Notes: generated by a model not told the origin, from the letters alone. Shown: positions 48,436-61,680, numbered from the whole stretch's first letter. The stretch: 63,150 nt of DNA, filler included, from Globobulimina sp. (GCA_003354225.1; 44 parts of 44 records of this genome joined end to end with filler, not necessarily neighbours in it); one strand, 5' to 3'. Numbers and translations: made by a program.

Positions 48436-49273
48436 TGTATTTAGAACCACATTTACTTCCGAGGATAAAGTCTTGTATCAGTTGATAGCAAACACAAGCA
48501 AAATTAATCTGAAGCGGCATGATTTGAGAAGTTTTCCAGGTGCGCGGAGGGAAAACGAATCAAGGCATATAATGAGCATGCCACCAACTACAAGCGCACA
48601 AGATGATTTGAATTTGGGTCCTTTATAAACAACAATTGCAAAATTAAGACTCGAAGATGACAAAATGTTCATAAATAATTTCAAAATGACTCTTCGTAAT
48701 TTCTTTTTTGTTTACAGAGATTTTACAAAATTAACAGGGTTAATCTACGATGGAGACATAAGATTTGATTCTGCATAAAATTGTTTNNNNNNNNNNNNNN
48801 NNNNNNNNNNNNNNNNNNNNNNNNNNNNNNTTAATTAATTAANNNNNNNNNNNNNNNNNNNNNNNNNNNNNNNNNNNNNNNNNNNNTCTGCATTGTGTGT
48901 AATTTTGTTGTGTGAGTTTCAAATTATTGCAACATGTGTCGTTTGGGTTGATTTTATTTATATTATTACTCATTGTGGCATCAGTTGGGTCATATGCAGT
49001 GTTATTGTATTGTTGTTGTGTGTTTATACATTGATTTTGATCTTCGGTGAATATTGTTTGTGGGTTTGAACATGTTGAATCATATGATGTGTCAGCTCTA
49101 GTACCTACGCTTCTGCCTTCTGTTTGTATTGCTTATGTTTTGTGTTGACAATGTATATTCAAAATGGATACTTACGAAAGATTACTAAAATTTGCAATGT
49201 TATTGCAATCTTTAGGAGAGAAGACATCCTTCTCCGGTAAATGTATATTTAACAAAAAACTTTTTTCTAAATA

Positions 49274-50223
49274 ATGTTGGCCAAAAAACAGGTACAACAA
49301 ACGTTGGAATCAATTGGGTTTGGACCAAATTATGTGACAAGAGCATTCAAAATATACGAGAAGAACTATGGTTATTCATATAATGTAGAAGTGATGATAG
49401 AGGTCATTGTGCGATTGCAAAATAAAGATAAAGTAAAGCTAACTTCCATTAATATACCAAAACAATCTGCGAACAGCAATAGTAATAATCATCAACCAGA
49501 GTCATTTGAATTTAATACCTTGAAAATGACATTGAGCGAAGCTAATAATTTAGAAGTTGGCGATAATATCGATCATCGTGATATTTTGGGTAAATTTTAT
49601 GCAGCCACCGTTTGTGAGAGAAAAGATACAAATTGTTTAAAAATCCATTATGTTGGTTGTGTGGGAAAATGTGATGTTTGGAGTGATTATAAAGTAGAAT
49701 TACATCGATTTAGTAAATATAAAAAAATATCAGGCCGAGCAGCTCATAGATTTAAACAGTTAAAAATAGGTGATTTTGTTGATATAAATTCAATAAGACA
49801 TAGAGGATGGACCTGCGGTGAAATTAAAGGAATGTGTGCCAAATCTGGACAAATTAAAGTTATCCTTATAAATCACAATGTGTTTCTATTATATAATTAT
49901 TTTTTAGTGTCAAAATATGCGCACTTTCTGAGTTCTTTCTCATTTGTATGTAATTTATAAGGTTATGTATAAAACGTTGGATATAAATTGGCTGGTTTGG
50001 GCCCATTTAGACGATGGGAATGAAATCGCAGAGTTTACATCGAAAAGTCTCGAGAATGAAATTAATGGAAAAAGTAATAATAAAAAACGAAAGATTATTA
50101 TGAATGATGAGAAGTCTGAGCCACCAAAAAAGAAACCGAAAATATTGCAATTGGCTGATAACGATATACCAAAAATATTGCCATTACCTGATAATGATAT
50201 ACCGCAATGGGTGAACTGTAATG
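49274..50223 (+). CDS. Tudor/MBT/Agenet-like domain protein; intron 49859-49961; partial
   Basis: VGDNIDHRD..GKFYAATV..LKIHYVG and LKIGDFVD..GW..GEI repeats; the splice QIK|VMYK is in frame. Confidence 0.65.
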
Positions 50224-50519
50224 NNNNNNNNNNNNNNNNNNNNNNNNNNNNNNNNNNNNNNNNNNNNTTAATTAATTAANNNNNNNNNNNNNNNNNNNNN
50301 NNNNNNNNNNNNNNNNNNNNNNNATTCATCTTCCTCTTCCTCTAAATCCTCTTGACATTATTAATAATTTGCGATCTATGCTCTCTCGAGCTCCAATTAA
50401 TTATAATGCGTACGTTTGAATACAGTTTAATTTGTGGTCAGTGATATGGGCCGTTGTCGCCTCAAGATTTGAACTTGAATCTTCTGAAGAAATGCAGTGC
50501 TCTTCTTGAGCTAGACGAC

Positions 50520-50730
50520 GATATCCTATAATTTGATTCATCAAATATTATATAATATTGTCTTAAAAAAATATCACCCAAAATATAGGTATCAGCCCCC
50601 ATTGAATCCAATGGTGGCATTCCTAAACAATCATATCCCACATCATTGCTATCAGCATCACCAAAACAGGAATTACTGCCTGATAACATATATTGTGATG
50701 GTGACCAATTTGAAACCATAAATAATGCAA
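50520..50730 (-). CDS. Pepsin-family (A1) aspartic protease, C-terminal fragment
   Basis: SPSQYML...YILGDIFLRQYYIIFD..NYRI; both flanks lose similarity. Confidence 0.8.
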
Positions 50731-51024
50731 ATACCTTTCAATGATACGCTGAATAATTTTGATTCAATATGATTTTTATTATCTTCACTCCAATCTGTTG
50801 CTTCTGCGAATATTTGATTGGATGCAAGTTAGGTCACCGATATTTACATTATCTTTTGATAAATGACCAGAATCACCAGATATTGTGGTTATATGCATTC
50901 ATAATATCTGCAAAAAACAACAACAATCATGGTATCTGCAGAACAGTACCAATAGATATTGGTTAAATTAATAGAGACTGATGATTTCGGTGAAAGTACT
51001 GGAGAAATATGATGTGCTTTGCTG

Positions 51025-51281
51025 CAGTGTTTTTATTTCAATAGTTCGAGCTAGTCCATTTATTTGGTCCACTTTGGTCCACGGGAAATCAGATTTGGTC
51101 CAAATTGGTCCAAACTAGTCCAACTAGTCCAACTAGAAATCATATTTGTCTGCTCAAAACATTATAAATTTGGGTTGGTCCACATAATGTTGGTTTGGTC
51201 CACAAAATTTGGTCCACTTTGGTCCAGACCAAATCAGATTTGGTCCAATGGACCAAATATTTGGTCCAAATAAACACACTG
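51025..51281. mobile_element. MITE-like element with CAGTGT termini and internal TTTGGTCCA/CTAGTCCA repeats
   Basis: CAGTGTTTTTATTT versus the reverse complement of AAATAAACACACTG (13/14 match); many GGTCCA units; no TSD seen. Confidence 0.55.
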
Positions 51282-51891
51282 AATTTCACATATATAATCT
51301 GAATTGTATGCACATATAGGTCATAATTATCAAGCGTCGGAATTTAAAGCAAGTACAAATAATTCATATCAACACGTACCTAAATTCAATGTGCCAATCC
51401 CTTTGAATAAATCCATTAACACTCAACAACCAACAAAAGCAAATACCGCTCCTCTTTATGCGTTCCATCCGCATATACAAAATAACTGGCTCAGTACAAA
51501 CACATCGTCAGATCCGTCAATGAGTGCTGATATTGATCCACATAATAATCAATCAATCATTATTCCCGCAGCGAATTCAGTAAATTTCGCGTCAATATCT
51601 TCTAAACACGATTCGATCGCAAATAAGATGACATCGCCTGACACCGCATCCAGTTCAGATNNNNNNNNNNNNNNNNNNNNNNNNNNNNNNNNNNNNNNNN
51701 NNNNTTAATTAATTAANNNNNNNNNNNNNNNNNNNNNNNNNNNNNNNNNNNNNNNNNNNNACTGCATTCCCTGCAAACACAACAATTGGAACGTTGTTGA
51801 CCTTCGATGGGAGAAACAATGGCAAGTACAACAATTCATATTTAGCACAGTTAACAATGACAATGAGATCCCGACAAAGCAAATAAATCAT

Positions 51892-52590
51892 GTGCATTGC
51901 GAGAATATCACCAAAATATTGACATCGAATGGCATTTTACAGAAAGAGGTCTATATCGATGCACAGAAAACATTTTATCGGAAATTAATGAAAAAAGGAA
52001 TTCCACCACATTCCAATCAGCAAAGCATTCGGAAAAAAAGAAAACGTCTAAGCACGTCGAGTAACAATAAGGCAAAGGACAAAAAAATAATGTTACAACA
52101 CTTAGCAACGTGGTCTTCATCGAATTGTATCAATACTAATAACGACGATAAATATAATAATAATAATAATAATAATATTTATAATAGAAATATGAAATAT
52201 TTGCCACTTGTTTCCAAAGAAGATAACGGCTGTTCGTACATTTCAGGCCAGACATTGATGGCTTTATTGACGGGATCATTAAATTCAGAGTTTGAGCACT
52301 TATTTGATTATTTTGTAATAATTGACTGTCGCTACGAATATGAGTATGTCGGTGGGCACATAAATGGAGCTGTTAATATTTCGGATAAATTGTTGATTGA
52401 ATTGTTGTTCAAAGCGAATATGAAGAATGAAAATGTCAAATCGCAGAGAATTGCGTGTATATTTCATTGCGAATACAGTAAGAATAGAGGGCCGCAGACA
52501 TGCAAATATTTTCGAAAATTAGATAGAGAGATAAACGAATACAGATATCCGTACGTGTCCTACCCGCATGTTTATGTATTGCAAGGAAAT
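51892..52590 (+). CDS. CDC25: Cdc25 (M-phase inducer) phosphatase catalytic domain, partial
   Basis: IIDCRYEYEYVGGHINGAVNI, FHCEYSKNRGP (HCX5R) and DR..NEY.YP.V.YP.VYVLQG. Confidence 0.88.
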
Positions 52591-52794
52591 GATTCATTCG
52601 CAAAGCATCTAATCAGTATATACGACCTGATGTTGTTTGCGTAATTGCGTTGTTGTGTGTTGTTTACAGGCATTCATCAGAGCAGATACGCCCACTATTG
52701 ACCTAATGATACAACTATTAATTGACTATTGATCACAATGAAAAGTAGGTCAATAGTTGTGACTGCAGTGTTGTTTGGGGCTTAAAGAATTTGA

Positions 52795-52856
52795 GTGATG
52801 ATAGCTCAAAGAAAGAGCTTATGAACAAGATTTGGGTTCAAATCCCAATCATCACT
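52795..52856 (+). ncRNA. tRNA-like element lacking an anticodon arm
   Basis: Acceptor stem GTGATGA/TCATCAC, D stem GCTC/GAGC, T arm TTGGG-TTCAAAT-CCCAA; only 13 nt between the D and T stems; followed by a T run. Confidence 0.65.
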
Positions 52857-54199
52857 TTTATTATTTTTATTTTTATTTTATTCTAAAACAGTTGAGAAAA
52901 AAAACCAATTAAAATTCAAATGTCACTTTTTTTTTTCATGTTTATTATTTAAATTTTACAAATTATTATTCGTGTTTCATTAAATCCAGGATACATTTCA
53001 AGAATTCCTTCATCTGTATCAAAATAATTTGAATTAAATAATAAGGGTTTCTTAATATATTTTGGCGGATTGGCATCACGAATATGTAAACATTGATNNN
53101 NNNNNNNNNNNNNNNNNNNNNNNNNNNNNNNNNNNNNNNNNTTAATTAATTAANNNNNNNNNNNNNNNNNNNNNNNNNNNNNNNNNNNNNNNNNNNNGAT
53201 GATGAATAAGGTGATTTATACTCCAATGAAACTCTTCTACGTCTTTGGCCTCAACCAATAATTCTGTAAAACATCTGAACACGACCACAAAATACCGATA
53301 ACAATGCTACTGTGACACACACATAGCGGCCATCATAATACCTACACGTACACACCACATATGACTGCATATAATACGGCAATTGATACGTACCACAATA
53401 CGAGCAAGTATTCCTCCATCAATATAGGGCTCATACAAAGTGATAGCCATATCGGTATAGCGTCCGATGATCATGAAATGGACGAAGAATTATACGAATT
53501 TTATATATTTATCAATGAATTGTGCAGTTAATTTGTATGTAGTATTCACTGTGTTTGTATGTAGTTTGCATTGGGTTTGCAAATGTTAGTATGGTTTGCT
53601 GCAAAGCCAGTAACCATATCTCGGTCATTTAATAAATATACGAAATGCTTATTCACTTCTCATTGCATCGATGCTTATTTGTGATTTGTTTACAGAACAC
53701 AAAGAGAGACGATACCACTCTCGTCATTGTCCATATCATTATTCCAGTGCTCACTGGTATGCGTTGTGTCTATTTAATCATCATCGGGACAAAAACAATA
53801 CTCATCAGTTATCAAACTTTTGTACGCCAAGCCAATCACCACTGGAATGTCTATATTCAATCATAACACAGTGTGAATGACACAAAATTGTATCGTGTTA
53901 TGCTCATCATCTCATGTTGTTGTTAAATACAAAATTAATCCGTACCAACAAGTAACTTGTAATGTTAATAAAGGTGATTGCTGGCTTGTTCTGCGGATAT
54001 AATTACGTAAATTCATGTTTCAATTACGTAATATTAAGTTTCGCTCTTCTGGCGCCAGGATTGTACTCTTTAAAGAAGGAAAGAGAAAAGTTTTTCATTT
54101 CTGATAAATAACTTAAGTAGAGTTAGTTTATAGTTTATCAGAAAAACGTTTCTCGTGCCTGCCGCAATAACCTTGGAAGTCTCAAGTGTTCGACTGCCT

Positions 54200-54534
54200 G
54201 CAAAAGAGAATAAATTATATGGATTTGGGTGGAATAACCGTGGACAATTAGGTGACGGTACATTATCAAATAAATATATATACATTAACAGAGATACCAT
54301 TCAATCATGGCATTATTACAGATATTAAATGTTCTGAGTATTATTCATTATTATTAACAATGTCCGGTGAAGTTTATGCCACTGATTATTCTCTGTATGG
54401 TGGCAATGGACAAAAAGTAAAAAAAAAGAATGGCTCAAAAAGATGGAATTGTATCGAATGGAGAGACGGATGGTTTGCAAAAGAAAAGCATAAACTCACA
54501 AATATTGCAAAAATTGCCACTGGTTATTGGCATT
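54200..54534 (+). CDS. RCC1-repeat protein fragment with a frameshift in a TA run near 54275
   Basis: LYGFGWNNRGQLGDG in one frame; IKCSEYYSLLLT.SGEVY and KIATGYWH in another. Confidence 0.7.
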
Positions 54535-54634
54535 NNNNNNNNNNNNNNNNNNNNNNNNNNNNNNNNNNNNNNNNNNNNTTAATTAATTAANNNNNNNNNN
54601 NNNNNNNNNNNNNNNNNNNNNNNNNNNNNNNNNN

Positions 54635-55886
54635 ACACAAAAAAACCAAATATCACTACAAACCATGAAATGGGCATAAAATAAAACAACGCCAACATTG
54701 AATGAATTTTCTGTTTGTGTTTCTTATTATTATTAGAAGCGTTATTGTATATGTTAGTATTTATTAATTTATATTTTTGTTCCATTTTTTGATGCTGATT
54801 CAATGGAATATCATCTATAAAGTTGGACACTTTTTGTTTTTCTTTTTTAATCAAATTCAATCCATTATTATCAGCGACATTATCTTTCAATTCATCCTCA
54901 TCACATTCAAGAGGATCTGCAGCGGCACGACTCAATTTATCCAATATGGAGTGGAAAAAACTTAATTTATTCATTTTACCATTCTGTTTTTTTGATTTAG
55001 GAGATATTACTTGCACTCGATTTTTTTGTCAGTTTCCACAATTTGTAATTCCACATTTTCTTTATATGTATTTCCATCATAATCCACGTCATAAAAATAT
55101 GATTCTTGGCCGTTACCATCGCTGTCACTGTCGGTCAACATTAGCTCAGCGGGAGAAAAACTGTCAATTCCTATGAATGTATTTCTTTCGCCCTCATTCA
55201 TTATATCCCCATCATTGTAATTGCTATCATTTGTTATTTGTGTTGCTTTTTTATTTTGTTTTAGTAATTTTTCAATTACAAATAATTTAGTTCCGCTGGT
55301 GAATAATGCACAGAGCGAAGTAATAAAACATATATAATTGAACTCGACCTCGTGAATAAAAATCAGTAATTGACCACAAAATAATAATATCACTGCTACG
55401 ATTACCGATGAAGTAATGATTTGTGAGTCGCGTTCAAATAATTTGAAAAATAATACAATTAAAGGGATGGCTGATTTAACCATTTGAACAAAGGCTAAGG
55501 GCCCATTCGCAATGGCAATGTTTGTAAATATAAAATCAGAGCCATAAAGCAAACCGATTGGTAATAGTTTAAAAACATATGTTGAAAATGACAGCTTTGT
55601 CATCCAAAATGGTGTTGCGGATAGTTTTCGTTTTAACAATGTATAAATCAATGCTCCGGACATACAGAATAAGAAAAAAAATTGACACTATGTATTGCAT
55701 TCCAATATTATTATATTTTTTGTTGTTAATTGTATATTTAATATGAATTTAATTAACTGTCAAAAGAAGTAACGGAAATTTGTGCAGCTTTAAGATGTAT
55801 TTATTGTAAACGGACAGCCCAACGGATAGCCAAAGGTAGATATTCATTGCTGAACAAAAGACTGCGCATTGTTTTCTGTCATCCAT
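54635..55886 (-). CDS. Triose-phosphate/nucleotide-sugar transporter (SLC35 TPT family), spliced, partial
   Basis: Exon 1 LSVYNKYIL..FPLLLLT; FTNIAI..LAFVQMVKSAIP. There is a frame break near 55010. Confidence 0.75.
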
Positions 55887-56300
55887 GGTTTGAAGTTTGC
55901 CGAAAGCTTAAAAATTTTAAGCTTAAAAATCAAAAGCATCACTTTGCCGAAACGTCGGTTTCATATATCTNNNNNNNNNNNNNNNNNNNNNNNNNNNNNN
56001 NNNNNNNNNNNNNNTTAATTAATTAANNNNNNNNNNNNNNNNNNNNNNNNNNNNNNNNNNNNNNNNNNNNAACAACTTCAAACTTTTTTTCTTAAAGGAT
56101 TGTAAAGGAGTTGAAGCAGATTTTTCACATTGTAACAAATTGCAACAATGTAGGACCTAGGGTCAAATTTTAATTACGTAATTTAACAACATTCCCTTAC
56201 TGGGAAATGATGAAAGAAGTACACTTGATAAATTAATTAAAACATTTTCTTCAAAAACTTTAAGTTTTATACCATCTCATATATTATATAGTTTTTTGTT

Positions 56301-57406
56301 TTAAACTTTAAGTTTTTTGTTATACCAAACTGGTATGCAGTCTGACTTATTATTATCGTATTTAATTATGTTATTTATCTGCTTCCATGGCATTGTTCCA
56401 TTATTATTAACGTTCCTTAATTCATCCTTAATCCATGCTTTTCTTCCACAGTCACATAGATCATCGCTAATTTTTTTCTTTTCAATCAAAATATGTTTTA
56501 AAAGCTTCTTCTTTCTCTTACTGAATTGTCTGAATCTCTCTTTGTAACAAATGTGATCTTTTATGGCGTCATCCATGGTTTGTCATTGCCAATTCTTTTT
56601 TTTCTTAATCCTAAAATGTCAATGGATATATCGACAATTCTATGTTTAAAGAAATCATTCACAGCGTCCAGTACGTCGTCACGTGACAAACCAATAGAAT
56701 CTAATAAATAATCTCGGTTAATATCACAGTTTCCATTGCCGTACTCCGTCAAATATTTATCTAATAAATTATTTAGTGCTTTTCCATGAATATCATACCA
56801 TTCATCAACGCTTTCTGCCAATTCATTCCTCCATTTATCCCAATTTCTGTCAGACCCAGTTTTTATAACAAACTCTGGGCTGTCTTTCTCGTACAATTTG
56901 CCCTTATTATAAAAGGCGTATATGACTACGTGATCTGAATAATAACTCTTTGTCTCTGAATGTGTAAAATCCTCCGTCCAATACTTCCAATCATCCTCTT
57001 TTGTTTTGTTATTAATAAATACAACGTCAGGCGCTGTCTTCTGTTGTTTCCTTATTCTTGTTGGTTGCCCATCATTTAAAATCATGTATTTATTATCGTA
57101 TATCCATTCTGCTAACATTGTACCATTTTTCTTCGCATCGGAGGGTCGAATAAGTCCTTCAAACCACGCGTTATTTTGCGAATTCATGTCACCCCCAACA
57201 AATATTGGGAATGCGCCGTAGTTCTTTGTTGCGTATAATGTGTCTAAACAATCTAATAATAATCCAATGTGCGAGCCAGGTTTGCCATTTTGCGGTCGAT
57301 AGTAATTATTAATAATGAACGCTTGGCCCATGTCTCTGTCATAGATTTTTAGTGTCAAAATATATAATTTCGACATTAATAAAAGTGTTTTTTGTTCTTT
57401 CTTGGC
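56301..57406 (-). mobile_element. Non-LTR retrotransposon APE endonuclease region, frameshifted
   Basis: NYYRP, GGDMNS..W, ILNDGQPTR, PDVVF, SDHVVI and KPW motifs; frame break at KPWM (about 56570). Confidence 0.85.
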
Positions 57407-57506
57407 NNNNNNNNNNNNNNNNNNNNNNNNNNNNNNNNNNNNNNNNNNNNTTAATTAATTAANNNNNNNNNNNNNNNNNNNNNNNNNNNNNNNNNNNNNN
57501 NNNNNN

Positions 57507-58842
57507 GGATATGCAAAATAAATTACACGCGGCCAATTTGTCCGTGCCCATTGATAATTTGCCCGAGAATTTAGTGCGGAAGTTATCGAATGATATAGTT
57601 TTGTTGGAATCGACCCGATTGGGACTACGGCGCCACGGCAATGCCATATTTCAGCGGCTGGTTACTTTCGTGGATGAATTCTTATGGAAGTCCAGTAACG
57701 ATGTACATGAACACGCGTTGCGAGCGAGAAAGCCACGTAAAAAAAAGGGGAAACGTATGCAGCATAATGAAGATGACGGGAATAGGTTGCAAGGCATTGA
57801 TGATGGCTTTGGTGCACACGAGTCATCGTCGGATGATAATGACGAATTTGCTGATGACTTAGATTTGGATTTACTGCCTGATTCCGAGGATGAGGAGGAT
57901 GAGGATGAGGATGATAAACAAGACGAGGAAGAAGATGAAGATAAGCAGGACGAGAAAAAGGCGGAGGTGGAGGGAAAAAAGGAGGATAACCAAGGAGAGG
58001 AAGAAGACGAAGTGGAGGAAAAAACGGTGCAAATACACGAAGTATACTCGACTTTATGGGCAAATGAGAAGATAATCTTGCAATGCATCGACGTGTTATC
58101 TGTGTTAAAAGCCACGCCGACTCACTTAAACATGATCAATCGCGAATGGATCGCGGATAGGGATTTAGGACAATGTTTAGGCGCCATTATGACCCGCTTA
58201 TTGGACGAGTTGCATGAATTATTGATCAACGCTACGAAAAAGGGCTTGAAAGAGCGAGTGGATTATTTATTGTCCACTTCGTCGTCGTTTGAGTCGTTGT
58301 TGAAGTATTTAGGCACATTGACCACCAAAAACCGAGGCAACGCGAAGACGGTGATCGGATTACGCAAGAAATGGAACATTATCCGGTTATCAATGATCTG
58401 TGTATCCGCGTGTCCCGGCGGTATACCTGGCACTTTTATCAACGATTTGAAAAACAGATTCGGTGATCACCGATTTGATAATGTGCAGAAATTAGGCGCA
58501 TTGATACAGAATATACAGGAAGCATTGCCCCGCGATATCGACGCCAAAGACAAAAACGAAACCATTCAGTGGTTTATACAGAATTATATCCGTTTCTTCG
58601 CCTTTAGCTCGGAAGTAAGTAACCCCTTCGCACAGTCCTTGATCCAGGTCATTGCCGAGGAGAAAGAGAATGCGATCAGCGACGAGCTGCAGATCGAACC
58701 CAACGCATTTACCAAATTCGAGATCGCCTCGCAATTTTTAAACACCATATCGGAGAACAAAAATCCCATTTTGAAGACCATACTGTCCAATGCTGTCAAC
58801 GACAGCGACTTGAAATCGGTGATTGCCACATTGTTCTCACGG
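57507..58842 (+). CDS. Hypothetical protein with an acidic tract, higher GC than neighbouring contigs, partial
   Basis: ORF spans the whole contig; D/E-rich block; no introns. Confidence 0.55.
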
Positions 58843-58942
58843 NNNNNNNNNNNNNNNNNNNNNNNNNNNNNNNNNNNNNNNNNNNNTTAATTAATTAANN
58901 NNNNNNNNNNNNNNNNNNNNNNNNNNNNNNNNNNNNNNNNNN

Positions 58943-60015
58943 CCTACAAAGGAGGATATTTCCTTTGCTTTTGCATTTTGTCTTTTTCTGTGCAATTCCA
59001 ATAAATACTTCCCTTTTATTGTTGTTTTGATGATTTTGGCTCTTGGGATTGCCAAATAATTTTCTATACAATTTATTATAAATCCAATCCATATTAATAT
59101 CCGTGTCGGAGTTATCATCTTTCGTTTCTGGGTTGGGATTCCCAGCCAATTAAACGTCCATTTTATGGCAAAATATTGCTGCCAACATTTATTTTCATCG
59201 TGATGCCCCGCAAAGAAGTCATCTAAATAATTTCTCAAAATACATTTGTCTTCAATATAGAATAAATACTGGAATGTATTTACTATAATCCATGCCACAG
59301 TCGCTGCAAATAATGAATATATATTACAGCTTGAGGCGACTCCCAAAACCAGCGCCGTCCATAAAAATATCCAGTCTCCCACTTTTATTCCAAACCATTT
59401 TATAAAATTCTTCTCAATGGGGACTCGATTGAACGCATTTTGCGCGTCAGCCGCTACCATCCACCGTATGTTACATGTTACAATCAATCGGATAATATGT
59501 AATATGGTGGTATATTTACAACTTTTCTCATCTTCAAATATATTATCATTCGGTGCGAATCCTACGGTGTTTGTTTTGGAGCAATCGACTATGATTCGAT
59601 GTTTCTCCTTTTCTGGCTTATCAATCGGTGTATCATTCTTCATAAATATCGGATTAATATGATATTCTTCATAACCTTCCGGCATATTGTTCTGGTGATG
59701 GGGTCCCCAGATTGCTTTGTCTTTAATGCGTTTCTGGATTATTTCGCATTTTTTTATGTGCTGATCGACAGTTAATGGATATTCGATGTCATTCTTCGTC
59801 TCAATGTTTGGTCTCTGGTTTGCGGTTATTGTGGCACCGTTTTTCAGTAAGGACTCCATCTTTTTTTGTTTGGCTTTGTCGGGAAATCCAATGTTTCCAG
59901 TTTTTCCATCTGGCAATTCATTCATTGCTTGTATGTATCTCTCGGCGGGCAAATCCCAACATGGCGGTATCTCCGGCACGTCCATATTTTTCCATTTCTC
60001 GTATATTGCTTTCAT
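58943..60015 (-). mobile_element. DIRS/Ngaro-like (tyrosine-recombinase retrotransposon) reverse transcriptase, partial
   Basis: INPIFMK, KHRIIVDCS, ADAQNAFNRVPI, LVLGVASSCNIY, YLDDFF, LGIP...K, WIGFIIN. Confidence 0.8.
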
Positions 60016-60380
60016 TTTAGCATTATTTCGGACTTTTGGATGGTTCGACTTATATGTTTGTTCCTGCAGTAAATATTTATTTGTTGTGAGTGAGGGTTAA
60101 TTTTTTTTGAAACAAAATAAATAAAATCAATCTCCAAAAATTGAAAAGCGTTTCTGGCGATGATTATAATTGTATACACTCATTATTTTCAAGATAATAT
60201 GCATAAAAAAGAAAGATTGGATTTGTTTAAATATTTTTGAAATTTGCTTTCCTTTTCCCCCAACTTCTTTGGTGTTTTNNNNNNNNNNNNNNNNNNNNNN
60301 NNNNNNNNNNNNNNNNNNNNNNTTAATTAATTAANNNNNNNNNNNNNNNNNNNNNNNNNNNNNNNNNNNNNNNNNNNNTA

Positions 60381-60670
60381 AGATTAATTGAGGAGTATAA
60401 TTTAGAGGATGTTGACCATAGATTACGTATCGAACACGCACAAATTGTCAATGTATCAGTTGATGTGGCTAAAATGGTGAAATATCGCATAATCCCTTCA
60501 ATGCAGCCAACACATTGTACATCGGATATGGTATTTGCTGGAGACAGAATAAATTGCAGTCAATACGGTGATGGTGACCGGTTATCGGGAGCTTATGCGT
60601 GGCAAACAATGTTAGACGAAGGAGTGGTGGCTATGCCGTTTGGTTCAGATTTCCCGGCGGTTGGTGTTGT
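60381..60670 (+). CDS. Amidohydrolase family 3 (YtcJ-like) fragment
   Basis: RLRIEHAQIV, SMQPTH, AYAWQTML, FGSDFP. Confidence 0.85.
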
Positions 60671-61552
60671 AATGCTGATTTTCTGTAACAATGACAATTA
60701 ATAACGTTTTAAATGTAAATTGTTCCATCTGCATGTCCATGAATTTGATTTATAAAAAAACACAAAGATACTTTTATTGCTCTTACTAACATTAACCAGT
60801 TGTTCTAAGACAACAATGGAGATATATAAAATCACCGCATCAACGGACGTTTCTAAAACAGCAATAAGCGAATTTGTTCAACAGATTGCAATCGATCAAA
60901 TAAATGTAAACCTGAATACTGAATGTAGAGGATTCTTTGGGTGACAGCGAGAGAGCATTGGAGAATGCAATAAATATATCTCAATTATATGATGATTGTT
61001 CAATCAAACACAACTCCGATCTTTTACCTGCAAATAACAACAAAGCCGCATAACATATTTCCAAACAACAACACGGTGCTCCGTGGTCGTCATTCTCCGT
61101 ATTAACATCGATAGTGTTCAACATCTATCACCAACTACAATATCTGCATCCGCCACATCGCCTACATGCTCTCTCAGAAAGTGATAATGTGCAGGGAAAG
61201 GCATTAATACAACTTTGCATTGAATTTGGATGGCAAAAAATCTGTGTCCTTTACCAAAATGCTATTATATTGCATCAGTTATAGTGATATTGCTGTGATG
61301 ATTCAGTCGCAAATAGATGATAAAAATGATGATTCAATTGGATGGCAAATAATGTGTGATCCAATCGCAAATAGATGATATATATATTGGTTCATTGTAT
61401 CCAATCGCAAATAATGTTCATTGTATACGGCACTTTGTTTTTCGCTCCGTTATTGAGCTGCCATTGTTTGCAGTCAAAAAGTGCCATCACAATCTGAAAA
61501 GAATTAACAAGTATGTAATCAACACAGATACACATTATGTAAACAATAAAGA

Positions 61553-61680
61553 AAGTATGCAATCAATGGACATAACATAATCAATAGAAAGTATGCGATC
61601 AATAGAAATTATGACATCAATAAAAAGTATGCGATCAATAGAAATGATGCGATACAAAGTATGCGATCAATAGAAATGCG
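61553..61680 (+). repeat. Imperfect tandem repeat of AAGTATGCGATCAATAGAAAT
   Basis: Three near-exact copies and one degenerate copy with short linkers. Confidence 0.75.

Noticed and set aside
52694-52757. 12-bp inverted repeat upstream of the tRNA-like element
   Set aside because: It is short, has no TSD and has no clear link to the element.
54260-54290. Programmed frameshift in the RCC1 gene
   Set aside because: The break lies in a TA microsatellite, so slippage error or pseudogenisation is simpler.
57651-58115. Ser-rich and Pro-rich ORFs on -
   Set aside because: They are antisense shadows of the acidic tract in the + strand ORF.
61290-61680. Repeats with short intervening sequence (TCGCAAATAGATGATA; AAGTATGCGATCAATAGAAAT) as a possible CRISPR array
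   Set aside because: The linkers are short, irregular and derived from the repeat itself; there are no cas genes; the pattern fits a minisatellite.
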